DNA from: Candidatus Nomurabacteria bacterium RIFCSPHIGHO2_12_FULL_42_19
GTDB taxonomy: Bacteria > Patescibacteriota > Minisyncoccia > Phycocordibacterales > UBA9973
Length of the DNA stretch: 64,000 nt
NCBI GenBank assembly: GCA_001786955.1
Contig: MFUM01000004.1
Span: 4,457 to 68,456, forward strand
Direction of reading: 5' to 3'
Made by a program: the position numbers and the translations under genes. Of the stretch, positions 47,510 through 57,474 are shown in pieces; the first letter of the stretch is position 1; every line of letters begins with the position of its first letter. Below the pieces are notes generated by a model. That model made no database searches. It saw only the letters and a program-made list of their open reading frames with translations, and was not told the DNA's origin.

Positions 47510-47955
47510 TTAAATAAATTTTCTGAAAAAGTTATGCTGTAATTCCCTGAACCTTGAGTCCAGGAAACGGTTGAGAAAATTTTAACTTCCTCCGAATTTA
47601 CTATAGTTTTTTGAATTGTGCGGCTAAAACTAGAATCGGCAGGAGAGGAAGGAGTTATGTCGGCTATGTTGGCATCTCTGAAATTACTCCAATTTTTTCC
47701 TGTCGTTTCGGTATATAAAACATAAGTGTCACGCACATTCCTGGCATACTCGATGCCTTCTTGGGTCAAATAGGCGGCAATTATTTTCTTTTTGGCATAA
47801 TTGGTATCGGCAATTCCCTGAGACAAAATTATCAGCAGGCCTAAAATTGACACGGAGAAAATGGAAACAGCAACAAGCGTCTCTATTAAAGTGAATCCCC
47901 TCGGCAAGTTTGGAACTTTTTGATTTTTATTTTTTTGTTTAAAAAAATTTCTCAT
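47497..47955 (-). CDS. Prepilin-type N-terminal cleavage/methylation domain protein (minor pilin)
   Basis: RGFTLIETLVAVSIFSVSILG prepilin leader motif. Confidence 0.7.
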   Translation of the reverse strand: MRNFFKQKNKNQKVPNLPRGFTLIETLVAVSIFSVSILGLLIILSQGIADTNYAKKKIIAAYLTQEGIEYARNVRDTYVLYTETTGKNWSNFRDANIADITPSSPADSSFSRTIQKTIVNSEEVKIFSTVSWTQGSGNYSITFSENLFNWTQ

Positions 47956-47959
47956 AATT

Positions 47960-48607
47960 TTAAATATCTATCAGTCTTTGGGACACTGAAGTCTGCAGAG
48001 AAAAGGGCGTGGCAACATTTTTAAAAGTTATCGTTCCAGTCAGTTTGATAGTAATAAAAGGTTGCTGCTGGTCGCCGGGAGGAGAAGTATAATTAGGGGG
48101 TTCGGCGCCCAATACTGAAAATCCGGAAACCGCCGAATCAATTACAACTTCGTCGGGAGTCAGTTGGATAAAATTAGATGCGCTATAAGGACCCGCCGTT
48201 GATTTGAAAATCTTGCCGCTGTCCAGATAGTAAATCCATTGATCGTCGTGATTAATCGGATCGCCGTCTGCAGCAGTAGAATCGCCATCGGCAGATTCAA
48301 AGGCTATGGCCCAGCCATTTATGCAACTCTTTGGAACGCTCACAATCGGAGAAGTAGTAGAAGGAATCGTGTCTCCGGCTGTAAAACAGTGATAATTATA
48401 TCCTGTTCTTAAATTTCTGGACATATCTTCCAGAATAAAACTTAAATTGTCTATTATTGAGCGCATGCTTTGCGATTTTTGGTGAAGCAGGTTGGCATTC
48501 AGGAGAGCGCCCATGCCGGCCATAATAATAATTATAAAAATAGACACGGCAATCATTGTTTCAATTATCGTATAACCGCCTTTAATTTTAAAATCTTTTT
48601 TAAGCAT
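47960..48607 (-). CDS. Prepilin-type minor pilin / pseudopilin
   Basis: GGYTIIETMIAVSIFIIIIMAG motif. Confidence 0.65.
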   Translation of the reverse strand: MLKKDFKIKGGYTIIETMIAVSIFIIIIMAGMGALLNANLLHQKSQSMRSIIDNLSFILEDMSRNLRTGYNYHCFTAGDTIPSTTSPIVSVPKSCINGWAIAFESADGDSTAADGDPINHDDQWIYYLDSGKIFKSTAGPYSASNFIQLTPDEVVIDSAVSGFSVLGAEPPNYTSPPGDQQQPFITIKLTGTITFKNVATPFSLQTSVSQRLIDI

Positions 48608-48608
48608 A

Positions 48609-49202
48609 TTAATTTATCTGCACTCTGCCGGAAGGGTATAATTTAATTACAGCCGTCATTGATTGGGGTGATTTAATGGTAATTTGAATATAATCAAAAT
48701 TATTAGTTAATGTTGTACCACTTGAATCTTTAAAAATTGCGCCGGAATCTGTCCGTTTAAAAATAATAGATAGGGGGCTAATTGGAACACTCGGAACACA
48801 AGCAACACCGGTGCATCTGTCTATTCCAAATATGTAATTATTTTTTTGAATATCTATAGTGTTTAATGCTTCTCCGGCTTCGTAACCATTAAGATTATTA
48901 AAATCAGCAAAATAAATAAAACTTTTATTATTACTGAGGTCAAAATAAGTTCCATAAGACGGCTTCCAGGGCGAAACGGTTGGCGCCTGGGTCGGCAATA
49001 AGCCGGATAGGGATGATTTCTGCGCCTGAACGATTTGCAAAGCAATATCGCTGGCAAGATTTTTTATGTCAACTTTTGCCTGAAAACCCCCGTAGTTAAA
49101 CATCACAATAGAAGACATGGCCGAAAAAATGCTCAGAACAACAATGAGTTCTACATAACTCATTCCCGCATTTGTTCTATTTTTTTTGTTTAATTTTTTC
49201 AT
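48609..49202 (-). CDS. Prepilin-type minor pilin (GspH/FimT-like)
   Basis: AGMSYVELIVVLSIFSAMSSIV motif. Confidence 0.65.
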   Translation of the reverse strand: MKKLNKKNRTNAGMSYVELIVVLSIFSAMSSIVMFNYGGFQAKVDIKNLASDIALQIVQAQKSSLSGLLPTQAPTVSPWKPSYGTYFDLSNNKSFIYFADFNNLNGYEAGEALNTIDIQKNNYIFGIDRCTGVACVPSVPISPLSIIFKRTDSGAIFKDSSGTTLTNNFDYIQITIKSPQSMTAVIKLYPSGRVQIN

Positions 49203-49238
49203 TTTTTAAAGAAAGAACCGTTCTTGCTTAAAACTTGC

Positions 49239-50063
49239 CTAAAAAAGACGCAATTCAAAAAGAAACGCCAAGAGCGCGCCTAAAACCAGATATGGAGCAA
49301 AGGGAATTTCGCTTTTTATTCCGTATTTTTTAGAAAAAACAACAAGAGAAAGACCGACAATGGCCCCAAGCCAGAAAGCGACCACAAGGCCGGAGAATGC
49401 GCGCGCGAGCCCAAGCAGCCATCCCAAGCCGACTGCCAGTTTGGCATCCCCCAGCCCCATCCAAGTTCCGGAAGACACGAGCCAAAATAAATAAAAAGGT
49501 AAAGCAATCAAGAAGCCGGACAAAAATTCCAAAATTGAAGGCATGTGCGGATAAAAACCTGCCTGCGCCCAGCCTGCGCTGGCAGAAGACAGGCCAGAAT
49601 TGTTAAAAAAGAATAAGCCGATAAAACCAAGAGCGCCTAAGGCAAAAGCGAGCGAGTCGGGGATTATTTTATGCCGGAGGTCGTAGACGGCAATAACCAC
49701 CAGAAGCGCGAATATCGCGGCATAATAAGCATAAGCGATAATAAATGCGGGAGTAAAAAAACTAAACTGTCCGCCCAGGGCGGAAAACTTTAAAAAGAGC
49801 GCCGCAAAAATCAGGCCGGTCGCCAGCTCGACCAAAGGATAGGAAATTGAGATTCTTGTTTTGCAGGTTCGGCATCTACCTCCCAAAACAAAAAAACTTG
49901 CGAGCGGGACAAGCTCATACCAGCAAAGAGTATTCTGACAGGACATACAGGCGCTTCTCCCGCCGAAGGATCTCTCGGTGTTCAGCCGGGCAATGACAAC
50001 ATTTAAAAAACTTCCGATAATCAGGCCAAAAAAAAAGAAAATAATTGTAACTACAATGATCAT
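49239..50063 (-). CDS. pilD: Prepilin peptidase (peptidase A24, PilD)
   Basis: Zinc-binding CMSCQ...CRTCK pairs and a polytopic membrane domain with the A24 catalytic region. Noticeably GC-richer than its neighbours. Confidence 0.85.
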   Translation of the reverse strand: MIIVVTIIFFFFGLIIGSFLNVVIARLNTERSFGGRSACMSCQNTLCWYELVPLASFFVLGGRCRTCKTRISISYPLVELATGLIFAALFLKFSALGGQFSFFTPAFIIAYAYYAAIFALLVVIAVYDLRHKIIPDSLAFALGALGFIGLFFFNNSGLSSASAGWAQAGFYPHMPSILEFLSGFLIALPFYLFWLVSSGTWMGLGDAKLAVGLGWLLGLARAFSGLVVAFWLGAIVGLSLVVFSKKYGIKSEIPFAPYLVLGALLAFLFELRLF

Positions 50064-50084
50064 ATTAATTAAAACTATCCGTAA

Positions 50085-50543
50085 TTAATCACAAATCGGG
50101 CCGGAAATATTACCTATTTCCCCTTTGGCGTTGCCTTGAGAATCAATACACCAATAATTGAAATTTCCTTCTTTGCTTTTTAGTAAAGCCGAAACCACAT
50201 AGGCTGAGGGATTAGCAGCACAGGTTGGCATTGTCCCGCCACTTTGTTTTTGCGCTTCCAGTATCGCTGCCCAAATTACAGTATTGCTAAATGGCGTACC
50301 GGCAGTCTGAGCGCAAGGTCCGATACTATGAGAATCAGTCCCATAAGCATTCGGAATATTATTCAAATACAACAACTCCGTTTGCTGCATTACGGTCCTA
50401 AGATTTGTTTTAACTCCGGCATTTGCCCCTTTGGCTCTTGAAGCGGAAGTGGAAGTTAGTATTACTCCGGTCAAAATAGCAATAATCGCGACAACGACCA
50501 ATAATTCAATTAACGTGAAACCTCGTTTAAAATTAGTTTTCAT
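50085..50543 (-). CDS. pilA: Type IV pilin (PilA-like)
   Basis: [24 protein letters not shown] class III leader. The likely start is the internal ATG at about 50543. Confidence 0.8.
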   Translation of the reverse strand: MKTNFKRGFTLIELLVVVAIIAILTGVILTSTSASRAKGANAGVKTNLRTVMQQTELLYLNNIPNAYGTDSHSIGPCAQTAGTPFSNTVIWAAILEAQKQSGGTMPTCAANPSAYVVSALLKSKEGNFNYWCIDSQGNAKGEIGNISGPICD

Positions 50544-50607
50544 AAATTTATCTTTCCTATTAAAAGGACTTTCTAATCCATTTATTATACCAAACCAAAC
50601 AAGCAAA

Positions 50608-50650
50608 AACCACCCTGAGTTTTCTTGGAGGGTGGTTTTTGTTTGTTGTA
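50608..50650 (-). terminator. Intrinsic terminator after the second pilin gene (accaccct-ccaagaaaactc-agggtggt-TTTTT)
   Basis: 8-bp stem followed by a U5 run on the minus strand. Confidence 0.6.
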
Positions 50651-50665
50651 ATCTTTAAACAGATG

Positions 50666-51112
50666 TTATGAACATACGCCAACTGTTGGTACGGTGTTAT
50701 AGGCCTTTACCCATCCAGAGTTATCTACGCACCATGTTCCAGTGCCTTTTAACGCAGGAACACTCATAGACCACTTTTGTCCACTTGAACCAACAGAACA
50801 AGATGCGGTGCTGCCAGATTGAGTATTAACTTGAACAATTGCTGCTGCAATAACAGGATCAGCAAACATACCAGTAGCTGTGGTACATGCGGTAGCGCCA
50901 AAATCAGAAGCAGCATATTTATTACCACCAGTGACACTATCATAATAAAGTTCTGCTTGTGCACGAACATTTGCCATATTCGCTTTTACCGCCGCATCCG
51001 CGCCCTTGGAACGCGCCGAGTTCAATGATGCAAGCACGACTGATGCCAATATGCCGATAATCGCCACGACCACCAAAAGTTCAATTAACGTGAAACCTTT
51101 ATTCATTTTCAT
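50666..51112 (-). CDS. pilA: Type IV pilin (PilA-like), second copy
   Basis: [26 protein letters not shown] leader with Cys pairs in the C-terminal D-region. Confidence 0.85.
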   Translation of the reverse strand: MKMNKGFTLIELLVVVAIIGILASVVLASLNSARSKGADAAVKANMANVRAQAELYYDSVTGGNKYAASDFGATACTTATGMFADPVIAAAIVQVNTQSGSTASCSVGSSGQKWSMSVPALKGTGTWCVDNSGWVKAYNTVPTVGVCS

Positions 51113-51162
51113 AATCTTAATTTCTAAACTAAATTAATAATAATTAATAATGCAATTTCGAC

Positions 51163-51189
51163 TCCCGCCTGCTCCCATAGGGCGGGCAG
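51163..51189. repeat. GC-rich element, family B-like (cccgcctgctcccatagggcgggcagg), intergenic between pilC and pilA
   Basis: cccgcc/ggcggg and cctgc/gcagg inverted repeats. Confidence 0.45.
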
Positions 51190-51241
51190 GTATTTTTAAT
51201 ACGTTCATTATAACATATATGCAAAAAAGTTATCCACACCC

Positions 51242-52450
51242 CTAACTTATCCCTCCCGCTAGATTGTAAATAGGCATTAATACGGAAACCAAAAGTACAC
51301 CTACTCCCAAGCCCAAGACCACAATCATTACAGGCTCTATCATGCCGACTAATGTATCAACCGCATCGTCCACTTCCCGCTTATAAAAATCGGTCAGAGT
51401 TTTTAAAATAGCGCCGAGAGAGCCTGTTTCTTCGCCGACTAAGACCATTTGCACCATAATTCCGGGTATTTGTTCTCCGTGCTTTTCAAGCGCCGCCGAG
51501 AAAGCCAATCCTGATTTTACTCCGTCTGCCACTTCTGCCAGCAGGTTTTTATATACCAGACTGCCTACGACTTGCCCGGTAATGTCTATTGCCCGAACTA
51601 TCGGGACACCCGACAGAAGCATAGTGTTCAAATTGTCCGTTATTCTGGAAAGATAAAGTTTTTTATATAAATTGCCTACAACCGGAGTGGAAAGACGCAA
51701 ACCATCAAGATATACTTTCCCTCTCTCCGTAGAAGCCAGCCGCCAAACCCAGATTCCTAAAAGCACGAGAAAAATCAGCGCAAAAAGACCGTAGTGAACA
51801 AAAAAATTAGAAACGGCAATCACTATTTTAGTATAAAAAGGCACGGCTTGGCCGGAATCCAGAATAATTGTGGAAAGTTTCGGGATTACAATCACGAACA
51901 TCAAACTCATCACGATAAAAAAGGTGGCAATAACAAAAGCCGGGTAAATAAGCGCGTTCCTGGTCTTGGAAGTAAGGGCGTATTGGCGATCCAGGTAGTC
52001 TGCCAAATGCAAAAACGTTTGGTTGAGTTTTCCCGTCTCTTCACCCACCTTAACCATATTTATATAAAAATCGGAAAAAACATCCGGATGATGGGAGAGA
52101 GAGCCAGAAATGGAAACCCCCGCCTGAAGATCGTCGCCAACTTGGGTAAGCTTATGCCCAAGAAGTTTGTTTTCGGTGTTCGCCGCAAGCATCGTAAAAG
52201 CTTTCAAGGCAGAAACCTGCGCTTCAAATAAAGTGGAAATCTGGCGTGAAAGAATCACTATGTCTTTCGGCTTTACTCTTTCAAAAAAGGAAAGCTGGAA
52301 AATCGATTTATTTTCTCCCTCTTCTTTGATAGAAATAACAACCAAGCCCCTGCGCTGAAGCCCGCTTATTGCTATGTCGCGGTTAGGCGCATCAATTTCT
52401 CCCTCTTTGTTTATACCCTTATCATCTATTGCCTTGTATTTAAATAACAT
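51242..52450 (-). CDS. pilC: Type IV pilus assembly platform protein PilC (GspF family)
   Basis: Two T2SSF repeats. Polytopic membrane protein. 402 aa. Confidence 0.85.
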   Translation of the reverse strand: MLFKYKAIDDKGINKEGEIDAPNRDIAISGLQRRGLVVISIKEEGENKSIFQLSFFERVKPKDIVILSRQISTLFEAQVSALKAFTMLAANTENKLLGHKLTQVGDDLQAGVSISGSLSHHPDVFSDFYINMVKVGEETGKLNQTFLHLADYLDRQYALTSKTRNALIYPAFVIATFFIVMSLMFVIVIPKLSTIILDSGQAVPFYTKIVIAVSNFFVHYGLFALIFLVLLGIWVWRLASTERGKVYLDGLRLSTPVVGNLYKKLYLSRITDNLNTMLLSGVPIVRAIDITGQVVGSLVYKNLLAEVADGVKSGLAFSAALEKHGEQIPGIMVQMVLVGEETGSLGAILKTLTDFYKREVDDAVDTLVGMIEPVMIVVLGLGVGVLLVSVLMPIYNLAGGIS

Positions 52451-52521
52451 AGAAATTTAAATTAACTTTTTGACCACAGGTCGGACCTGTGGGTTTCCCA
52501 TAGGTCTGATCTGTGGTCCTA

Positions 52522-53580
52522 TTATATCAAGCGCTCAAGCCCTTTTGGATTAAGCGAATATTGATAAGCGTTATCTATGGAAATTTCCCCGGCGCGCACA
52601 AGCTCTATCAATGAATGATTCAAATCCACCATTCCGGATTCCATTCCCGTTTCAATAACCACATCTATTTCGTGCGTGCGTTTTTCGCGGATTAAGTTGG
52701 CAACCGCATTATTATTCAAAAGAAGCTCATAAGCCGGAATAAGCCCGCCCGCAATTCTGGGAATAAGCCTCTGGGAAAAAATACCGAGCAGGCTGGCTGC
52801 AAGCTGGGCGCGGATTTGGTCCTGCTGGTCGCCCGGAAAAGAGTCAATTATCCTGTCAATGGTCTGGGAGGCGTTATTGGTATGTAGGGTTGAAAGCACG
52901 AGATGCCCCGTCTCAGCCGCCGTTACAGCGGTTGCAATGGTTTCCGGATTGCGCATCTCACCTACCATTATTACGTTCATATCTTCGCGAAAAGCCGATT
53001 TTAGCGCCGTATGAAAATCTTTCGTATCAATACCGACTTCACGCTGACTAACAATAGATTTGTCGGGCGTGTATACATGTTCAATCGGATCTTCTATGGT
53101 TATTATATTACGCGCTTGTTCATTGTTAATTACATTAATCATTGCCGATAAAGTGGTTGACTTGCCTTGTCCGACAGGACCAACAACCAGAAAAAAACCC
53201 TGTTTCTTGCGGGCTAAATCGGCCAAAATGGGAGGCAGACGCAATTCTGTCATAGTCTGAACTTTAGGCACTAGTCTGAAAACTATATTAATCAAGCCTT
53301 TTTGGTAAAAGGCATTGCCGCGCAGTCTCGCTTTGCCGCGAAAATCATAAGAAAAATCGGCTTCTTGGTTTTCCTTAAATCTGTCAATTTTTTCTTTTTC
53401 CAGTATTTCGCCCAAAAATCCCAACATATCTTCTTGGGTCAAGACCGGATGCTTGGCAAGAAAAATAAGTTCTCCGGATACGCGGATAGCCGGCGCGCGC
53501 CCGGCGCCCAAATGCAAATCCGAGCCATTTTCGTGAATAACATTCAAAACAAGTTCTTCAAGTTCTTTTTTATAATCCAT
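52522..53580 (-). CDS. pilT: Twitching motility / pilus retraction ATPase PilT
   Basis: GPVGQGKSTT Walker A with Asp and His boxes. 352 aa, with no N-terminal GSPII_E_N domain. Confidence 0.85.
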   Translation of the reverse strand: MDYKKELEELVLNVIHENGSDLHLGAGRAPAIRVSGELIFLAKHPVLTQEDMLGFLGEILEKEKIDRFKENQEADFSYDFRGKARLRGNAFYQKGLINIVFRLVPKVQTMTELRLPPILADLARKKQGFFLVVGPVGQGKSTTLSAMINVINNEQARNIITIEDPIEHVYTPDKSIVSQREVGIDTKDFHTALKSAFREDMNVIMVGEMRNPETIATAVTAAETGHLVLSTLHTNNASQTIDRIIDSFPGDQQDQIRAQLAASLLGIFSQRLIPRIAGGLIPAYELLLNNNAVANLIREKRTHEIDVVIETGMESGMVDLNHSLIELVRAGEISIDNAYQYSLNPKGLERLI

Positions 53581-53586
53581 GATTTT

Positions 53587-54054
53587 TTATTTTGGAATAA
53601 TAACTTTTTTTTCTAAAATTTTTATCACTTGGTCAATTACTTCTGCCGGAGTAGAATTCGCCTTCACGATATATCCGGCTACTCCCAGCCGATTGCCTTC
53701 GTCAATATCTGATTGCTGGCTTTTATTGGATAAAACTATTTTCAAGCAATTCGGACACAATTTTTGCATATTTATTTTCGCCAGCATCTCAAAACCGTCC
53801 ATCTCCGGCATAATGATATCCATCAGCATGACATCAGGGCTTAATCCGCCTTTAAGTTTTTCTAGAGCCTGTCCGCCGCTTGGCGCCGTATAAACCTCAA
53901 AATTATTTTGGCTGAATTTAAGCGCATACATATCCAAAAGAAAGCTATCGTCATCAACTATTAAAATTTTTCTTTTTTCGCCTTCCATATAATATTCCTT
54001 CTTTAAGCCAACATCCCCAATTATACTATAAAACAGCCACCAAGAGAAATTCAT
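53587..54054 (-). CDS. Stand-alone response regulator receiver domain (PilH/CheY-like)
   Basis: KRKILIVDDD...MLMDIIMPEMDGFEML receiver signature. The start is probably the internal MEGEK. Confidence 0.8.
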   Translation of the reverse strand: MNFSWWLFYSIIGDVGLKKEYYMEGEKRKILIVDDDSFLLDMYALKFSQNNFEVYTAPSGGQALEKLKGGLSPDVMLMDIIMPEMDGFEMLAKINMQKLCPNCLKIVLSNKSQQSDIDEGNRLGVAGYIVKANSTPAEVIDQVIKILEKKVIIPK

Positions 54055-54065
54055 TGTTGCACATT

Positions 54066-55808
54066 CTATTCGCTCTCATTGCTGAAATTGTAGACTTCCG
54101 TGAAAGGAATTATGCCTTGCAGGGACTTTAACATGGCATCTTCTCTCATCATCAGCATTCCTTTACTGCGGGCCAATTTGTAAATTGCCGCATTGGTGGG
54201 ATTTTTCAGTATTATAGCCTGCATTTCCTTGTCAATTTTAAACATTTCAAAAACAGCAATACGGCCGCGTGTTCCGGAAGGACATTCGGGAGACGGTACG
54301 GTATCGTACATCTTGTCGCCTATTTTCGGCTTGAATTCAGCCGGTAAATCTTTCATTTGCTCTTCAATCTGCATCCTGACGCTTTGATCCATCGGCATCT
54401 CTTTGCGTGAAGACGGAAAGGTCATCCGAGCCAGACGCTGGGCAATAGAAACAATCAATGTCGGCGCAATCAAATATGGGTCAACTCCCATGTCCACAAG
54501 GCGAGGGACCGCGCCAATCGCGTTATTGGTATGAAGCGTAGAGAGCACGAGGTGTCCGGTCAAAGCCGCCTGAATCGCGAGCTGGGCCGTCTCCTTGTCG
54601 CGGATTTCTCCAACCATGATTATGTCCGGGTCCTGGCGCAGGATTGAACGAAGTCCTGAAGCAAACGTATAGCCAATCTCGGGCATCATTTGCGACTGAT
54701 TAATATCCGGCATATGATACTCCACCGGATCCTCCAAAGACACAATATTGCTTTTTTCCTTATCCAGCTCATTCATCATTGAATACAGAGTAGTTGATTT
54801 TCCGGATCCTGTCGGGCCGGTAATCAGGATAAGCCCATACGGCTTTTTTATCGCTTCTCTGATTATGTTCAGATTTGTTTCCGATAGGCCTAATTGGTCC
54901 AGCGGCTTGACTCCTTTTTCGGAATCCAGAATACGCATGACAACTTTTTCGCCATAATATGCCGGCATGGTGGAAACGCGAAAATCAATCTTGCGCCCGT
55001 CAATATTAGCGCTAAAAGACCCGTCTTGAGGCTTACGTTTCTCGTCCAATCGCAGCTTGGAAAGAATTTTTATACGCGCTACAATCCCGCCATAAACATT
55101 CGGCGGCAATACTATTGTGGTATGAAGCGCGCCATCCACCCGAAAACGTACTTTTACTTTTTCCCCCGTGTATTCAATGTGTATATCCGAAGCGCCTCCT
55201 TCAATGGCGTTGCGAAGTATGACGGCGACAATTTTTATAACCGGCGCGTCTTCCACTATTTTTGCTTCTTCGCCCGGTTTTATATTTTTAATTTCTTTGC
55301 TTAAATTTTCCTCGCTCAAGCTTTTAACATTGGCCATCTCCTCCTGACTCAATTCTTTAAGAGCTTCTTCAACTTGGCTTCCTATGCCCTTGTAAGTTTC
55401 CATAATGCCTTCATAATCGCTTTTGGAAATAAGAAAAATTTTGAAGGGAATGCCGATTTTGGTGGAAATAAACTGCAACGCATCCATCGCCTGTATATTT
55501 TCCGGGTCCATTACTCCCACTTCCAATACTCCGTCTTTCAACTCAATCGGGGCAAAATGATAATGGGTCGCCGAGTCTTCCGAAATATATTTCAGGGCAT
55601 CAAAAGATGTTTCTGCCGGATTTATATTTTTCACCGGTATGCCCAAATATTCTCCTTTTAGTTCAAGAATTTTTTCTTCCGGAACGCCGGACTCAATCAG
55701 CACTTCGTCAACATCACCGTCATAATCCCGGCTTGCACGGCTTTTAATCTCGCTTATTTGGCCTTCTTTGATTACGCCTCTTTTAGCTAATTCTTCTAAA
55801 AAGCTCAT
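54066..55808 (-). CDS. pilB: Type IV pilus assembly ATPase PilB (GspE family)
   Basis: N-terminal GSPII_E_N domain, GPTGSGKSTT Walker A, and CPSGTRGRIAVFEM tetracysteine-like motif. 580 aa. Confidence 0.88.
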   Translation of the reverse strand: MSFLEELAKRGVIKEGQISEIKSRASRDYDGDVDEVLIESGVPEEKILELKGEYLGIPVKNINPAETSFDALKYISEDSATHYHFAPIELKDGVLEVGVMDPENIQAMDALQFISTKIGIPFKIFLISKSDYEGIMETYKGIGSQVEEALKELSQEEMANVKSLSEENLSKEIKNIKPGEEAKIVEDAPVIKIVAVILRNAIEGGASDIHIEYTGEKVKVRFRVDGALHTTIVLPPNVYGGIVARIKILSKLRLDEKRKPQDGSFSANIDGRKIDFRVSTMPAYYGEKVVMRILDSEKGVKPLDQLGLSETNLNIIREAIKKPYGLILITGPTGSGKSTTLYSMMNELDKEKSNIVSLEDPVEYHMPDINQSQMMPEIGYTFASGLRSILRQDPDIIMVGEIRDKETAQLAIQAALTGHLVLSTLHTNNAIGAVPRLVDMGVDPYLIAPTLIVSIAQRLARMTFPSSRKEMPMDQSVRMQIEEQMKDLPAEFKPKIGDKMYDTVPSPECPSGTRGRIAVFEMFKIDKEMQAIILKNPTNAAIYKLARSKGMLMMREDAMLKSLQGIIPFTEVYNFSNESE

Positions 55809-55817
55809 AAATTAAAA

Positions 55818-56243
55818 TTAAGGAACGATTGGCGTCTGATTGTTTGGGATCGTATTTGGAACATTTGAGACATCGAGAGGCGCGGATATATTTTCAGCGC
55901 CAAATTGGGCAAAAGGATTTGGTCTGCCTTCGGTGCCATCCGGTATAAGATTTATTGGAGTATCGTGTAAATTAATAAACGCCGGATCGGAAAAAACAGC
56001 ATCATTCAATTTTATATTCTTGACATTCAATAGCAAGGTAAGAAAATCCCTGGCAACCAAAGAGGTCGGGTTTTGAATATTTATATCCGCAGGTAAATTA
56101 TTCGCGTCCGGCAATGAAGTATTGGAAGGCGATAAAACCAAACTACCTTGATCGGGGGATGATTTTATGAAAAAAACATAAATCAAAACAAAAATCCCGG
56201 CGATTATTACAAATATTATGATGTTTCTGATTTTGGGAATCAT
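55818..56243 (-). CDS. Hypothetical membrane-anchored protein (possibly PilP-like) in the pilus operon
   Basis: N-terminal TM helix followed by a Pro/Asn-rich region. Position between pilO and pilB. Confidence 0.35.
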   Translation of the reverse strand: MIPKIRNIIIFVIIAGIFVLIYVFFIKSSPDQGSLVLSPSNTSLPDANNLPADINIQNPTSLVARDFLTLLLNVKNIKLNDAVFSDPAFINLHDTPINLIPDGTEGRPNPFAQFGAENISAPLDVSNVPNTIPNNQTPIVP

Positions 56244-56244
56244 T

Positions 56245-56850
56245 TTAATTTTTTAGCCAATAAGTTCTAATGTGAAAATTATATTTGTAAACTTCGGAAG
56301 AAGAAGCCGATTTTGTATTGATGTTCACGCCCGTATCGGATGAAAAGGCAATTGATGATATGTCCACAATCCTGAGATTACTTTCCAGGTTCTTGGTAAA
56401 ATTAATAAAATTATGATAAGTTCCCGATGTGGAAAATTCCAAATCAAAAATTCCATAATCCTTGTGCGCCGGCTTGGCAATTCCGCCCTGGACCACCGCT
56501 GTTGTTGTAGTCGCCACGGCATTTGTATCCGTTGTGTTATATTTTACATCTTTCAAAACCATTCCATAAGGCGACGCCATTTGTTCTATTTCAAGAATCA
56601 GACGGATATTGTCAACATTCTCAGGCAGGAGTTTTTTAATTTTTATTAAATTTTCCGGATCAACAGCATTGTATTTGGCGGTCAATTTATCCCGTTCGTT
56701 TTCAAGCATTTTAGAATTGTCAAGCGCTTCATTATAAGCTGTGGCCTGGATTTTTAATGCGGACACATCTTCATAAAGGGGATTAGCAAATACGAAAAAG
56801 ACAGAGACTGCGATTCCTATCAAGATAATTGGCATGATAAATCTCATCAT
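56245..56850 (-). CDS. pilO: Pilus assembly protein PilO-like
   Basis: N-terminal TM helix, a coiled coil, then a ferredoxin-like domain. In operon context. Confidence 0.55.
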   Translation of the reverse strand: MMRFIMPIILIGIAVSVFFVFANPLYEDVSALKIQATAYNEALDNSKMLENERDKLTAKYNAVDPENLIKIKKLLPENVDNIRLILEIEQMASPYGMVLKDVKYNTTDTNAVATTTTAVVQGGIAKPAHKDYGIFDLEFSTSGTYHNFINFTKNLESNLRIVDISSIAFSSDTGVNINTKSASSSEVYKYNFHIRTYWLKN

Positions 56851-56856
56851 AAAAAT

Positions 56857-57447
56857 TTAACTCTGGAGTGTCTGTTTATAATTGACAAAACTCGGATCGA
56901 CCGAAAATTCCAAATCAAAAAGAACACTGCCTTTGTCGTCCAGGGTTAGGTTGGAAAAAATAGGATCAATCAAATTTTTATTTTTAGCGAACAAGTCAGA
57001 TTGAAGCGCCACCGAACTATAGCCGATTGCCTGTCCGGATATTTTAATGCTTATCCTGGTATTTTTATCCGTTTCAAGATTATAGCCGAATTTGGTATAG
57101 CGGATGGTTTTCATGGTAATGCTATCCAGCGTATTGAAAACGGGAGTAATGGCAATATGTTTGGATAAAATTTCGCTTGCTGCGCGCAGACGCCTGTCTA
57201 AAGTTTGCAATTCGGTTATTTTAGAAGGCTCAAAACGATTTTTGGCCAAGTTAAGGGTGTTCTCCATTTTCGTAATGTTTTTTATTACGATTCCTTTATA
57301 AAAATAAAGGCCTCCGGTTGCTAAAAGCACGGCGAATAAAACAAAAATAGAAGCAATAAGCAAAATACCGACAGGCCGCGCGGAAACAGCGCGCTCCCTG
57401 ACTATGGGTTTTTTGGGTATAAATGATGTTTGAAAATTTTGATCCAT
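56857..57447 (-). CDS. pilN: Pilus assembly protein PilN-like
   Basis: TM helix followed by a coiled coil. Immediately downstream of pilM. Confidence 0.55.
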   Translation of the reverse strand: MDQNFQTSFIPKKPIVRERAVSARPVGILLIASIFVLFAVLLATGGLYFYKGIVIKNITKMENTLNLAKNRFEPSKITELQTLDRRLRAASEILSKHIAITPVFNTLDSITMKTIRYTKFGYNLETDKNTRISIKISGQAIGYSSVALQSDLFAKNKNLIDPIFSNLTLDDKGSVLFDLEFSVDPSFVNYKQTLQS

Positions 57448-57474
57448 CTTCTTTTCCTTGCTTTATTATCGCAC